A program made the position numbers and the translations under genes. DNA of 64,000 nucleotides from Octopus bimaculoides. Lineage: Eukaryota. Shown here piece by piece: positions 25,575 through 40,937 of this stretch (position 1 is the first letter of the stretch; each line of letters begins with the position of its first letter). The stretch lies in assembly GCF_001194135.2 (NCBI RefSeq), contig NC_068995.1, positions 57,867,822 through 57,931,821 on the forward strand. The letters are read 5' to 3'. The notes below the pieces were generated by a model. That model was not told the DNA's origin, did no database searches, and saw only the letters and a program-made list of their open reading frames with translations.

Positions 25575-28500
25575 NNNNNNNNNNNNNNNNNNNNNNNNNN
25601 NNNNNNNNNNNNNNNNNNNNNNNNNNNNNNNNNNNNNNNNNNNNNNNNNNNNNNNNNNNNNNNNNNNNNNNNNNNNNNNNNNNNNNNNNNNNNNNNNNNN
25701 NNNNNNNNNNNNNNNNNNNNNNNNNNNNNNNNNNNNNNNNNNNNNNNNNNNNNNNNNNNNNNNNNNNNNNNNNNNNNNNNNNNNNNNNNNNNNNNNNNNN
25801 NNNNNNNNNNNNNNNNNNNNNNNNNNNNNNNNNNNNNNNNNNNNNNNNNNNNNNNNNNNNNNNNNNNNNNNNNNNNNNNNNNNNNNNNNNNNNNNNNNNN
25901 NNNNNNNNNNNNNNNNNNNNNNNNNNNNNNNNNNNNNNNNNNNNNNNNNNNNNNNNNNNNNNNNNNNNNNNNNNNNNNNNNNNNNNNNNNNNNNNNNNNN
26001 NNNNNNNNNNNNNNNNNNNNNNNNNNNNNNNNNNNNNNNNNNNNNNNNNNNNNNNNNNNNNNNNNNNNNNNNNNNNNNNNNNNNNNNNNNNNNNNNNNNN
26101 NNNNNNNNNNNNNNNNNNNNNNNNNNNNNNNNNNNNNNNNNNNNNNNNNNNNNNNNNNNNNNNNNNNNNNNNNNNNNNNNNNNNNNNNNNNNNNNNNNNN
26201 NNNNNNNNNNNNNNNNNAGCATTAACTACGGGGTCCAGAAAGGTGTGAAGGTCTTCTGATCACACAGTTTCGCGTTTTCACTCGCAAACTTTCTTTCGTG
26301 GGGCTGCGATTTCATTGGTGGTGGTGGTGGTGGTGGTGTGACGAAGTTGATGGTACCGATAGTGGTGGTTATGGTAGTGGCGGCGGTGGTTCATGTGTTG
26401 GTGTGATGAGGTGCTTTATGGTGGTGGTGTTCGTGGTGGTGGTGGTGGTTACAGAGGCTGCGAAGGTAATGGTGGTATTTGTGTTGGCGGTGGATGTGGT
26501 GGTGGTGGTTTAGTGCTTATGGTGAACACTTTGATAGTGATGGTTGTGGTGATAGTTCTTGATTCGGTGGTGTTGGTGGCGGTGGTTCGAAACGAACTGG
26601 TACCGTCTCAATGTCACTGTAGAGGCTTCAAGACAATTATTATTAGTATTATTATTATTAATAGTATTGTTGTTGTTGTTGTAATTGTTGTTGATGATGG
26701 TATTATTGTTGTTGTTATTATTATTATTGTTAACGTGGTGGCGACAAAAACGCTAATTACAGCCGGATGTGTTTGGTTACGATCAAAGCAGAATCCCTGT
26801 TGTCTCGTAGTTTCCACTCCATCCATGCCTCCCACCAAACACCTTCTTTGCCTTCCTTGTTATGTCCTACATTACTATTATCTCTACCACCACAACCTCC
26901 CACCATCACCGCCGCCGCTGCCACTACCACTACTACACTTACTACCATCTCTCCCTCCACCACCACAATACCCTCTTGCCTCCCCGCCAGCACTCCAGCG
27001 ATCACTACAATTGTCACCACCACCACCACCACCAACATCACCACTATTGTCTAATAGTCTACTAACTGAAACAAGCACAATGGTTAAAAATAGATGACGG
27101 GCTCTGGCGTCGATTGTTCGATTAACTGGACGACCTACAGAGTGAGTTAGCGTACAACGCGGCTGGGTATTCCACAGATATGAAATACCCTTAATGTACT
27201 ATTTAGGTAGAAACACCGTGTGACAAGATAATTCCTGTGAATTTCGAGGAGAATCCATCTGACGAGCTTCTGTCAGTTTCCATCCACAGAAAGTCACTCA
27301 TAAGCCTTTTGGATCGACGCATTCGAGGCCAAGATAAATGTGCTTATATAAGATCAGGACCGGATTAAACTCCAAAGCGGCTCGAAGCACTGAAAAGATT
27401 TCGGGCCTCCCCCACCCTATATATGTTATTCAAAATATAAACAATTACAAACCATAAAATGAAACAGAAACTAAACATAAGATAGATAATGCTTCTGGTT
27501 TTGTTTTTTGTTGTTTTTTTTTGTATATTTCCACTTAATTTTTATTTCAAAAATTTTCTCTACTTTTTTTAATTGCAAAGTCTTTGATCAAATCCTGAAA
27601 GTTAATTTTACGTAACACATCTGCTTCTATATTTAATAGAGGTAAGACATCCCGAATACTATAATAGCAAATTTAAAGTCATTTCTTTTGTGCCGTAAAC
27701 CATTGACCATTTTTATGGTGTGTGTGTGTCCCCACCCACCCACTTCTCTTGATGCCCTAATCACGAACTTATTGTGCTTAATGGTTAACCCAGCGTTGCA
27801 TAACATGTTAATGCTGTGTGATCGATCTGGGAACTTCGTAGTCGCATCGGAAACTTTTCCACTCGCCCGTCGTGCCTTTCGTCGTCCACCACCATCAACT
27901 GCCAACCATCATTGTCATCAAAACCACTACTACTACTACTACTACTCCCATCACCACAGCCATTATGACCGCCACCGTCATCGCCCTCACCACCACCACC
28001 ACCACCACCATCATCATCTCTTTCCTCTTCATTTCCTTTCTTTTAATTTTCTTTCATCTTCGTCTTTTTACCTCTGACAACCTTTCATCCTCCTCCCCCT
28101 CATCCCCCCACCTTCCTTTTAAAACTCTCTTTCCCCACCGCCGCTTCATCGTCTTCTCCAAAGTTTTATACACACTTCTTAGATTTTCTTTTTTTCTTTT
28201 TCCTCTTTTCTCCCCCCCCCCNNNNNNNNNNNNNNNNNNNNNNNNNNNNNNNNNNNNNNNNNNNNNNNNNNNNNNNNNNNNNNNNNNNNNNNNNNNTGCG
28301 ACCTCTACACCTTTGCCATCCACTCACCCACCCTTTTCTTTCCCTCTTTCCTTCTTTGCTCTTCCTGTCTTTCTTTTTTCTTTTTCTCTCTCCCTCAATA
28401 TGTATAGGTGTGTGTGTGCGTGTTTGCGGCGCGCGTGCGCGCATGCACCCAACTATATATATATATAGACATATATGTATATATATATGTACATGCATAC

Positions 28501-29070
28501 CCATTATATATATATATATATATATATTAAACTACTTCCATGACAAACAACACACCATCACCAGGCCCAGGCCTACTTCCCACCACCACCACCACCCTTA
28601 GCCACATGATGTCCCTCGCTTCCTCTTCCCTCCTCCTCCCACCACCACCTCTCTGACACTTGCATCAGCAAGCAAAATAAAATTACTATTATCAACGCCA
28701 CGGCGAGGCTTGTTAATAGCAGTGGTTTATGGTTTGCTGCAACAGACAATATTAATATCAGCATCACCATCACCACCGGCACCTCACACCTCCACCCACT
28801 GACTGACCGCCTTACGTCTACGAACGACCAATCAACAACAACAACAACAACTGCAAACAGTCATTTATCATTTCAGCCAACCAACCAACCCACACCGCCG
28901 ACCCTCCACCACCAAATAGCTTGGCACATAAAAATCCCAACTGCCCCCACTTTACCCACCCAGAATTATTGCAGTAACAACAACAACAACAACAACATAG
29001 TAACATGTTTCGTATCATTCATTTATAAAGGAACATTAAACAAAATAAAAGAAATATATAAAGAAAAATT

Positions 29071-29108
<38 letters not shown>

Positions 29109-29298
29109 AATATAAAAAATAATAAATATATAAAAATAAATATGACGTTAATAACTCCACCATGTTTTATCTGCGAGTGACCGAAATGTCGGTAATGATG
29201 AGGGAGGGCATTGAATAAGCTGATGAGGAGTGGTCACGAGAAATTGATTGGCTATCGATGACGATGGTCTGTGTTGGCATGGATTGGGATACGTACAT

Positions 29299-29333
<35 letters not shown>

Positions 29334-30579
29334 TACATGCTTATATATGTGTGTGTGTGTGTGTGTACTGTATTAATTGTTGGCCTCACACGAATTTTTA
29401 TAAACTTCAAAAGGTGAAATAATTCCTTTTTGGAATAGTGGATCTCGTAGCAAATAAAGATAAAAATAATAGCGTTTCAATATTGAATTAAGTTAAAACC
29501 TTTAGACAGAAACGGTCAGGATCCACGGGCAGCGTCCCAGTCTTTTATTCAAATGGATTTTTAAGACAATATTTAAACATTGTTCATAGCTTTATTTACT
29601 TCGGGATACACCATTCCAAACAAGAATTATTCCACGGTTTCTCAAGGTTTATAAACATTCTCATGACATCTCCAACATACAATCCTCGCTCGTAAGACTA
29701 AAATTTCTAAAACGGATGGAAAAATCTGTCATGTTTACAGGAGATATAGGTTCGTCTGCCACGAGCAATCTTCGGTTCTAAACCAATATTTACATGTTAT
29801 AATCTAAAGCTTTATTTGCTTCGAGGTTTAAGCAATTCCAAAACATGTTTGTGTGTGTGTGATTCTGTAAGAAAAAGTTGAAGGACGTACAACATATAAT
29901 AGAAACATTCGATAAGTGCTCAGACGAAACCAAATGCCTAAACAGCGACGTTTGATTCGTAGAAATGAAAGTTGACCACAAGCAGTTGCAGGGCATCAAG
30001 TCGCAGTCACAATAAAACTTTCATCTTCCGGATTTTCATGCCATCCTGCTAGATTTGCAACTGTCGGTTTATATTTAAGTGTACTATTTACATAGATATA
30101 CACATGCACGCACATATACATACAGACAGACACGCACAGACACTCACACACATACATACACGCATGCACACAGACGCACACATACGCACAAACACACATA
30201 CACACACATATATATACGAGGTTAAGTCAAAGCTATCCGCACTTTCGCCATAGCATATATTTATGATTGTCACACTGCCTTCTGCGCATGCGTGCTTACA
30301 GTTGGTACTATTGTGGTCACGGGATCGAAGTTTGAGCCTGATCGCGTCATTTTTCTTTCTGGTTTCACATTATCCTTGTATTAGTGTCATATATATTTGT
30401 ATATATGTAAGTGTGTATGTATATATGTATATATGTAGTGATGGATAAGCGTATATGCGTGTATACTTTAAGATTATACGTATATTTGTGAATGTGTGTG
30501 AGTGTCTATATGATTGTGTGTACTTGCATATATGTATAAGCAAGGTTATATGTGCATATATATATGGAAAAATAAAAAT

Positions 30580-31460
30580 CAAGGTAAGTCATTTTACTTG
30601 ACTTTGTCTGTCCGCCACAAATATTGGAAGCATAAAATCACTAGAAAACCGTTAAGAACGCATAAAATCATGCTACTGTAAAATGAATAAGAATAAAAGC
30701 ATATAAATCATATTAAAATATGTAGAGTAAATGTTAAGATACACATCATAAAGTAGTGTAGCTTAGTGAATGAAATCATGAAATCAGCTGTATTGCCTTA
30801 TTTCTCAGTCTTTCAGGGCTTATATTTCACTGTAGTTTCAATATCTACCGTTAGGCGGCGGCGTCACTCGTGATTCCCGCGATTGTTTTGAATTGAGAGT
30901 TGTTTCAGCTACTTTCTCATTCTCATTCATTTGTGACTTTATTTTTTGCCCTCGTGGTTCCTAAGAAAATTCATAGAGAAAGTGCTAAGCCTCATGCTAT
31001 AATGCTGGAAGATAAACTGGCTATGATAAAACGCCATGGAAAAGGTGAAAAAGTGGTAGCAATTGCTCGATCTTTTGGGATTTCACAGATTTATTTGAAA
31101 AAGACAAGCAGCCCCTGACAAACGAGGATTTGATAGAGCTTCATGAGCAGCAAAATAAAGAAGAGGGGGAAGTCGAACCCGAGCCGCGTCACTTTACCAT
31201 TAAGAAAATGCAGCAAGCATATTTGCATGTATCGAAAAAGGTCGAGGATATGGATCCAAATGCTCAACGCTTTTCCAAGATTATGGGGGCTTGTCACGAA
31301 GCTTTTGCTCCCTATAATGTAATCCTTAAGGAAAAGAAGACAGTTCAAGGAACTCTCAACCGGTTTTTTAAACGCATCGAACAACAAGAACAGCCAGAGT
31401 CAGCTGTTGATGTTGGCGATCCGCTGCCATCTCCATCCGCGATGGAAACCAACAAATTGT
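30580..31460 (+). mobile_element. Tigger/pogo-like transposon relic, internally deleted
   Basis: MLEDKLAMIKRHGKGEKVVAIARSFGISQ (CENP-B/psq-type HTH) is joined to PLTNEDLIELHEQ..EPRHFTIKKMQQAY..DPNAQRFSKI..YNVILKEKKTVQGTLNRFFK (Tigger C-terminal motifs). The 5' boundary is uncertain. Confidence 0.75.
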
Positions 31461-32067
31461 AGAGACGTATTGGTAAATTTNNNNNNNNNNNNNNNNNNNN
31501 NNNNNNNNNNNNNNNNNNNNNNNNNNNNNNNNNNNNNNNNNNNNNNNNNNNNNNNNNNNNNNNNNNNNNNNNNNNNNNNNNNNNNNNNNNNNNNNNNNNN
31601 NNNNNNNNNNNNNNNNNNNNNNNNNNNNNNNNNNNNNNNNNNNNNNNNNNNNNNNNNNNNNNNNNNNNNNNNNNNNNNNNNNNNNNNNNNNNNNNNNNNN
31701 NNNNNNNNNNNNNNNNNNNNNNNNNNNNNNNNNNNNNNNNNNNNNNNNNNNNNNNNNNNNNNNNNNNNNNNNNNNNNNNNNNNNNNNNNNNNNNNNNNNN
31801 NNNNNNNNNNNNNNNNNNNNNNNNNNNNNNNNNNNNNNNNNNNNNNNNNNNNNNNNNNNNNNNNNNNNNNNNNNNNNNNNNNNNNNNNNNNNNNNNNNNN
31901 NNNNNNNNNNNNNNNNNNNNNNNNNNNNNNNNNNNNNNNNNNNNNNNNNNNNNNNNNNNNNNNNNNNNNNNNNNNNNNNNNNNNNNNNNNNNNNNNNNNN
32001 NNNNNNNNNNNNNNNNNNNNNNNNNNNNNNNNNNNNNNNNNNNNNNNNNNNNNNNNNNNNNNNNNNN

Positions 32068-32103
<36 letters not shown>

Positions 32104-32184
32104 AAAAGTTTGTGTCCTTGCTCCCTTCATATAATTATACACATATTTACATTATTATTAATTTAATGTATAAATTGCCAATAA

Positions 32185-33375
32185 ATTTTCATAAGTTTGG
32201 TCTTGGAAACAATATGGAATCACCGAACTCTCGATATGACGATAGAGATCCATGTGTTCTTGGAGGGCGTTTTGATTGCTTCATTAACAGTTCGAGTGAC
32301 ACCACTTGCAGACTCGTCACACGCTACATTGTAATCAAGGATAACAACTTGATAAAAATCATTAATTTTTATCCTTACATTCTATTATATACATATATAT
32401 ATGCGACGGGCTTCTTTCAGTTTCCGTCTACCAAATCCAATCACAAGGCTTTAATCGGCTTGAGGTTATAGTAGAAGACACTTGCCAAAGGTGCCACGCA
32501 GTGGGACTGAACTCGGAACTATGTGGTTGGGAAGCAAGCTTCTTGCCACACGGCCACTTCTGCGCCTGTGTATACATACACACACGCACGCACACACACA
32601 CACACACACACNNNNNNNNNNNNNNNNNNNNNNNNNNNNNNNNNNNNNNNNNNNNNNNNNNNNNNNNNNNNNNNNNNNNNNNNNNNNNNNNNNNNNNNNN
32701 NNNNNNNNNNNNNNNNNNNNNNNNNNNNNNNNNNNNNNNNNNNNNNNNNNNNNNNNNNNNNNNNNNNNNNNNNNNNNNNNNNNNNNNNNNNNNNNNNNNN
32801 NNNNNNNNNNNNNNNNNNNNNNNNNNNNNNNNNNNNNNNNNNNNNNNNNNNNNNNNNNNNNNNNNNNNNNNNNNNNNNNNNNNNNNNNNNNNNNNNNNNN
32901 NNNNNNNNNNNNNNNNNNNNNNNNNNNNNNNNNNNNNNNNNNNNNNNNNNNNNNNNNNNNNNNNNNNNNNNNNNNNNNNNNNNNNNNNGATATACAGACA
33001 GGCAGGCAGACATGCAGGCAGACAGACACGTAGGCAAGCAGATACGCAGGCAAACAGACAGACAGGTAGGTAGGTAGGTAGGTAGGTAGGTATGTAGGTA
33101 GGTAGATAGATAGATAGAAAAAACATGTACGACCTCTTGGCAACAATTTTGAATGCTTTCCTGCAAACAAAAATCGGTAATTATGTTTCTACAAAAGCAG
33201 TGATGCTGAAACATGTTATCCCTGATTACAATGTAGCGTGTGACGAGTCTGCGAGTGGTGTCACTCGAACTGTTAATGAAGCAATCAAAACGCCCTCCAA
33301 GAACACATGGATCTCTATCGTCATATCGAGAGTTCGGTGATTCCATATTGTTTCCGAGACCAAACTTATGGAAAT
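32185..33375. repeat. Long inverted repeat: 162-bp arms (32185-32346 and 33214-33375)
   Basis: The arms are reverse complements with about 4 mismatches by manual comparison. They enclose a SINE, microsatellites and an N gap. Confidence 0.85.
32403..32567 (-). mobile_element. SINE family B
   Basis: gcgacgggcttctttcagtttccgtctaccaaatcc..gtagaagacacttgccaaaggtgccacgcagtgggactgaac..ttgccacacggccac. Confidence 0.85.
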
Positions 33376-33469
33376 ATGTATGAGCGTCTTTCGAACAGTA
33401 AGATTAGTACTGAAAGAAAACAAAAAACGTATTCACATGTACACACTCGCTCGCACACTCACACACACA

Positions 33470-33505
<36 letters not shown>

Positions 33506-33636
33506 TATACATACTGAAACACAGATACACATACACACGCATACACACATTTAATCACTCATACACAGACTTTTCACATGCGCACAAAGATATACATATT
33601 AACACGTTCACAAGCTTTCCTTCCACACTGTCTCTT

Positions 33637-33675
<39 letters not shown>

Positions 33676-33771
33676 CTCTCTTTCCTTTTCTCATTGTATC
33701 GTAACGTACGCGCGCATGCCCAGATATACATATANNNNNNNNNNTAAATGCGAAATGCAGTTTTCCCTTCA

Positions 33772-33825
<54 letters not shown>

Positions 33826-34063
33826 TCTCTCCCTTCTTTCTCTATCTCTCTCATCTCATCTCTCTCTCTCTCTCATCCCTCTCTCTCTCTCTATCTGTCT
33901 GGTCGAAGTCTACCCTATTGTTTTAGGTGTACCTTGGATTACATTATTATAATGTACCGGTTTTAAGAAATATAAAGTGAGCTTTTAAGAAGAATAAATG
34001 TGATTTGAAATGTGTTACTATTTCTAACATATCGCGTAACTACGTAGAAACTCACTCGTGTGT

Positions 34064-34106
<43 letters not shown>

Positions 34107-34116
34107 NNNNNNNNNN

Positions 34117-34162
<46 letters not shown>

Positions 34163-35732
34163 GACAAAGACAATGAAAGAGACAGACACAGAAAAAAGGA
34201 GAGAGAATAGAGAATTTTGTTTCAAGGAAAACTGCTAAGAAGAAATTTTTTCCAGTATATCAGCACAAACGCAAACGTAGGTTAAGCTGTGGTGAAAGCT
34301 TGATAACGTGATCTACATAGATAAACAGACTCTCATTTTGAATTCTGTATTTGATATTCAAGGGCAAACGCAACAGAGAAAAACCACAAGCAGGGCAATA
34401 CGACCCGAATTTGACAACCGGTGTCGGCCCATATGAAATTAATCTTGAGGATGTGACGTTATCTATCCTAAAATATCACTGCAGATTTATTCTATTCTGG
34501 TTGTTTAGTAACGAAAACACGATTCAATGCAATTCACAAGAAGGCTCACCTGGAAATGAGTTCAACATTATAAACAGCTACAGTGTTGTGAAATGTTTAT
34601 ATAACAAAAATGCAAACATTCAGAGGAGGCGAATGTCTTCATTCAACAACGTAAACGTAACATTAAATTTCGAGCCAACGGCCGAATCTTTACGTTGGCA
34701 TTTTTCTCGCAAGAAATGGCAGTTAAATCTTATCTTAGATAAATAAATTAAGCATTGGATGATAATTTAGTCCCTGATTTATAAGAATACGGGACGGACA
34801 CACCTGGAACCTGTTCGATCATGTCACTTCGCTCAGGGATATAATTGTGTTTACATGCGTGCCTGTATGTGTGTGTGTGTTTGTGTATAGATAGATAGAT
34901 AGATAGACACACTATAATATTTATAGCATTAAAGCCTCAAGAAATAGCATAAGGCGGGTTTGAGAATGTAATGCTTATAATAGGTCGCTGTTGTTCTTCA
35001 AAGTGTGATATAATCTACCTGTTCATGTCATTAACGATGGCTGGTGAATGACTGCGCTAGTCATGGAGCGTTTAGTTTCGTTGTTTTACTTTGAGTTGAG
35101 ACCCATCCCGATCGCATTTACCTTTCATCTCTATAAAGTCGATTACATAAGGATACGAGCTGGAGAAAAGGGATTGATTCGCTTAACTCAAACGCTTTTG
35201 TTTTTGGTTGTTTTTTTAATACTAATTTGTTCCTTATTTCTTGCAAGTAGAAGAAATCATCATCAATCTAATTTGCAAACCAAGTTCATCCAGTATTTTT
35301 TGTTCCTTTTTGTTCGTCGTCCCTTGAGGCTCGATAATAATAGAAAACAAATAAAAAGAAAACATCTAAAGTAAGTGAGATGATATCTTAGCTGTTTCAA
35401 TGTAATTTGTTGATCATCTGAATCTATAACATCGCGATATCAGTGTGTTTGGTCGCACTTGGCTGCTACTAACTCCAGATTAATAAGCGGGGACAACGCT
35501 GTAATAGCATTTAGCATAAACAAAGATGATGATCATCATCATGATGGCGGCGGCGATAATAATGACAATGATGATGATGATGATGGTGATGATAAGAACA
35601 ACAAAAGCAAAAATGATGACATCACAGTCATCAATAACAATGTACATCGAACATATTTTGTAAGGATTAACTCCTATATTCCTCTTCAGTTATAGAATTT
35701 TATCTTTTACTTTTTACTTATTTCAGTCATAG

Positions 35733-35771
<39 letters not shown>

Positions 35772-36758
35772 TGTACATTCATCGTTCCATGTCTAAGTTG
35801 AACCTATATTCTACAATTGCCAATACATGGATAGATCTGAAAAGACTTCGTGAAAAGGGATCAAATATTCATTCCTTTCAAGTGATCTTTTCCTCTTCCT
35901 CCTTCACTTCCCCCTGCTTCATCTCTTTTTTTTTCCTTTTGCTTTGCTTTCTCCTTCCTCCTTTTCATTTCTCCCCTTTTTTTCTTATTCCTCTAACCTA
36001 TAATCCTCATTCTCTTGAGGTGTTTATTCGAAATCAACATTCTTTGATCGATATTCTTTGTGTTTTCTTTTCTTTTTCTCAGCTATGAACATATTCCGTT
36101 GAAGTCAGAGGGATTAGTAAACTATTGTCCTTTTTCGTGTAGCCCTTAAGATATTACTATGGCTATGATATTAAAATCTCCTCCGAGAAACATTAGGAAA
36201 ATATTAAAATAGAAAAATATACACGTAATATTAACAACAGCAACAATAAGAAGAAAAAACAATAACAATAAAAGTAACAATAATAATAGTGATGATGATG
36301 AGACCTCCGTGGGGTTAGCAATGACAATAACACACTGAAAAAAATATATAAAACAAAGAGGGTAAAAACAACAGAAATTATCAAACCCCGTTTTTTTTTT
36401 TTTTGTTAACACGAAGAATATACATCTCGTAAAACAATACAAATGAAATAAAAGTAACAACAATAAATTTACTATAAGAATAATAAAGCAACGCGAAGAA
36501 ANNNNNNNNNNNNNNNNNNNNNNNNNNNNNNNNNNNNNNNNNNNNNNNNNNNNNNNNNNNNNNNNNNNNNNNNNNNNNNNNNNNNNNNNNNNNNNNNNNN
36601 NNNNNNNNNNNNNNNNNNNNNNNNNNNNNNNNNNNNNNNNNNNNNNNNNNNNNNNNNNNNNNNNNNNNNNNNNNNNNNNNNNNNNNNNNNNNNNNNNNNN
36701 NNNNNNNNNNNNNNNNNNNNNNNNNNNNNNNNNNNNNNNNNNNNNNNNNNNNNNNNNN

Positions 36759-36813
<55 letters not shown>

Positions 36814-37019
36814 CTGCTGCTACATTATAATACATGAAACAGTGAGGTGTGTGGGAAACTTAGCCTGGAATCAACAGCTGCTTTAGTAACGCATCGCCTC
36901 TCAAAGAAGAGAGGGAGAAGAATATATATATATGTGTGTGTGTGTGTATATAATATATAAAGCACACGATTAACTATTTCTTTGTGTATGGGTGTATGCG
37001 CGTACGCGTGTGTAGAATC

Positions 37020-37053
<34 letters not shown>

Positions 37054-37568
37054 GTACATATACACACATATATTCATGCATGCATACATACATACACACA
37101 AACACACATGCATACATATACACAAACACACATGCATACATATACGCGTAATAAATAAATAAATAACATATTAATATGGTACATGGGCGCGCGCGCGCGT
37201 GTGCGTGTGTGAAAAGAGATAAAGATATGGTTCACTTGTTAATTTATCGAATAACAATCACATCAGCCAAGAGTTCAAATCATTTTCACACCTTGCGTTA
37301 CATTTCTGCCAATAAACACACAACTACGAAAAACGTAACTCACTTCAATATCAGCAACAAAGACCAGATTTTTTTCCGGGGCCTATCTGAACCTTTATTT
37401 TTTTTGGAGAAGCACATAATAAAAACTACTTCACACACACACACACGGAGCGCGTGCGCGTATATATTCATATAAGTATGTATGTTTGTATGTATGTATG
37501 TATATGTGTGTTTGTGTGTATATATATATATGTGTGTTTGTATATATATATGTGTGTGTGTGTGTTTG

Positions 37569-37605
<37 letters not shown>

Positions 37606-37719
37606 TTGTATATATATATGTGTGTGTGTGTTTGTGTGTATATATATATATATTTATATATGTGTGTGTGAATAAATGTATGTGTATTTTTTCAATGTTT
37701 AGAAATAACACGGAAAACA

Positions 37720-38760
37720 TAGTTACCAGGGTAGCAAAAATTCATCCAAATACCAAGGATGTAACAGCCTACTTATAAATGTAGAAGTTAAATCGTCTTG
37801 AAGTTAAATACAAGGAGTGATTGTAGTGTCACTGATAGAATACAGTATCGCAGAGGCGTATTTCAAGGGGACAGCCTCTCTGTGATGTTTATACTTTCTG
37901 TGAACCCTTGTCATTCATAATAAGGAAGTCTGAATGATATCTCATTGGTTCACAAGGAAACAGAAATCTCAAAGTTACACACTGCTTCTTTGTGGACGAC
38001 AGGAAACTATGCAAAGGCTATGGATGAGATGAAAAAGATCTTTGACTTGGTTACAGCATTCTCAAATGAAACAGGGCTGGAGTTAGGTCAGGATAAACGT
38101 TGTTATATGGTTGTGAAAAGAAGGAAAACTGTAAACCAGACTAACATCTCCATCAATAACTGTTTCCCCTGTCTCTGACGAGGAATGGTACCTGTAACAA
38201 GACGAGTGGCACCAAAGAATATTACAGCCGAATAAAGAAAATATGGACCTCGGAATTCACTGCGCTCAATAAACCAGTGACCCACAATGTGTTTGCAGTG
38301 CCAGTTCTAATACTAACATTTGGGCTGCTTGGTTTGATGCTTGATGAGATCTGAGCCATTGATGTGAAAACCCGGAAGATACTAACCAGCACACATAATT
38401 TCCACATAAACAGTGACGCAGACCGCCTCTCCCTAAAACGAAAACAAAGCGGCAGAAGCTTAACATCAATCGAAACTGCTTTTGAATGTTGTATCATATC
38501 CCTTCGACAACATCATTTAACCACCAAGTGTCGAAGTGCATCTTTTGCAAGTTCACATACATGAGGCTGATAATATAAGAGTTGGAAAGCAGCTCCTTGA
38601 GCAGCATTCCTTGTCTGATAACCTTGAATATATGCCCAAAGAAGTCGTACGACTCTACCGCAACGTATCATCAGATGAAAGGATGAGCAAATATCAGCAG
38701 AAGACCATACATTGATATGTCAGCAGAAAGCTAACAAAGATGATGGTAACAGTGCAAGTA
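37720..38760 (+). mobile_element. R4/Dong-like LINE reverse transcriptase fragment (pseudogene)
   Basis: IQYRRGVFQGDSLS (RT motif B'), FFVDD (motif C), FSNETGLELGQDKRC, NVFAVPVLILTFG..AIDVKTRKILTSTHNFHINSDADRLSLKRKQSGRSLTSIE (thumb), with multiple frameshifts. Confidence 0.85.
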
Positions 38761-40227
38761 CCATTAACATTTAGAGTAAATATTTGTGATGAGGGCACAG
38801 CTGTAGTCCAACTTGGAAGGCAGGAGTCGATAGTGAAACAGCTCTTTAGATGTCTTGGTCCCTTCCACCTCGACACCAGAGCTGCCCGAGGGTGGGGCCA
38901 CCCGACGATGTAGGTGATAAAACCTACACACAGCAGCACGAGTATTGTTGAGGGTTTTCTGGGGGTTTTTTGCGACACTGGGGTTTTTTTGCGACACTGG
39001 GCTAGATGTTTCTACCATCCTCAATATTCTTTCTTGATATACCACTCAACCTTTTCTTTTTGGAATAGTTATTTGTTGTGAAGAAAAACATTAGCCAATT
39101 TTATTTCATTTAATATCACTGTACAGGCGTGCAAAATACCGGAACCTTTTACAGTCATGACCATCCCAAGTTTAGTTTGATTGTAGAGGAATTCCTACCT
39201 GGTCGGAATAGGGAATGCTTATGTCCACTGGAATAAGAGAAAAAGAGCGAAGAGCATCTGACTGCATAATAAATTCATCTAACTCATCCAGCATGGAAAA
39301 ATAGATGTTAAAATTAATAAAAGTATTAAATATTTACTTTAAAGTTAGTAATTATATTATATTTGTATGTGTGTTGTATTAGTACAAGCAAAAATGAGAT
39401 TTTATATTACTCTTGCAATCGACTTTGTATATAATGCAATATCTAATGCTACAAAAATTTCTAGCTTTTGAAAATAAAACTTTGCGAAAAATGTCGGTGA
39501 TTAGTTGGCCATAGCACATAACTAATGCTTCCACAAGGGAAGTGGCTAGGTTCGAGGAAGTAAAGGATGTGATTTAATTTCTAAGATGGAATTCGATTGG
39601 TTATGAACTCAGACGAGAAGAAAATCTTACACAGCAAATATTCAACTAGCGACCAGTAACAATAAGTAACCGTGGACAACGCAAAGAAACATGGCTGCAA
39701 ACGATGGTGAGAGCGTCAGTGAAAGATATAGATTCGATATCGAAGAAGTGATTGGAGAGAGAAAGAAGATTCTGTGGCCAGAGTGCACAAGAGCCACTGT
39801 GCATGTGGAAGGCTTGCAGAGGATTAGTGTAATGAAATGTTGTTGCAAAGCAAGCGTTACTAATCCACTAAATTATAATCTGGCTAATAACAATACATCT
39901 TAGACATGAAAATATTTCTATAAAAACAAAAAACAGATCAACGCTACTTCATTGTAGAAATTCATTACGAATTATGAATGAAACATATTGAAGGCGACCA
40001 TTAATGGGCCCCTAGAAGAATGTGAAATATGAATTAAAGGTATTGTGTCGGAGAGGTTGAAGTGACTGAAAGAAGAAAAATAGATTTCATGGCAGATAGC
40101 GGTCTCTTCAATTATACGATGCAAAGAAGATCAATTTTGCTCCAAAACGTCAGCTACTTTGATGTATGCGCGCGCGTGTGCAATGTCTCTCGCTCTCTCT
40201 CTCTCCCTCTCTCTCTCTCCCTCCCTC

Positions 40228-40337
<110 letters not shown>

Positions 40338-40721
40338 TACACACTCACATACACAAACACACATCTGCAAATATATGTGCGCGTTTCTGTTCTACTCTTT
40401 TCTCTTTTCTTTCTTTCTTTATTTTATATATTTTTCATTTGCTAAAGCGGTAAAAAAAATGGAAATGAGTAACTGAAAAAGTAAGATTAGCATATTTTCA
40501 CAGAGTTATTTCATAGTATTGTTGTTGTTTATATATTGTGAGAATATCCCACCTTCAGTACACATTGCGGTAACAATAGATAAACGAATAAATAAATAAA
40601 TATGCTGATGTAACATTTTGGGAGTGGAAAATTGTCCTGCAAGCTGTTCACAGTTGCCAGGAAAGACGTCCTAGACAAATAAACTCTAGATATATTCAAC
40701 AACACGTACTTATACTTATGC

Positions 40722-40802
<81 letters not shown>

Positions 40803-40882
40803 CTACATATATATGTATATATATATAAAGTGAGAGAGAGGGAGATACTCACATGTATGTGTGAATAAATGCATATACATAC

Positions 40883-40937
<55 letters not shown>

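Noticed and set aside
26298-27097. Gly/Val-rich and Pro/Thr/His-rich ORFs; opposed GGT and ACC tracts
   Set aside because: Trinucleotide low-complexity sequence. The apparent fold-back is only complementary simple repeats.
29740-29790. Hammerhead-like CCGAAGA..CGAA on the minus strand
   Set aside because: It lacks GAAA and has no credible stems I or III.
30215-30350. mariner-like TIR start (tacgaggttaagtcaaa)
   Set aside because: No matching right TIR or transposase sequence was found.
38765-39050. GC-richer segment abutting the RT fragment, with a ~20-bp tandem duplication near 38962-39001
   Set aside because: Probably the end of another retroelement, but I cannot classify it from sequence alone.
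39691-39903. 70-aa ORF MAANDGESVSERYRFDIEEVIG..
   Set aside because: Short, with no recognisable homology or supporting signals.
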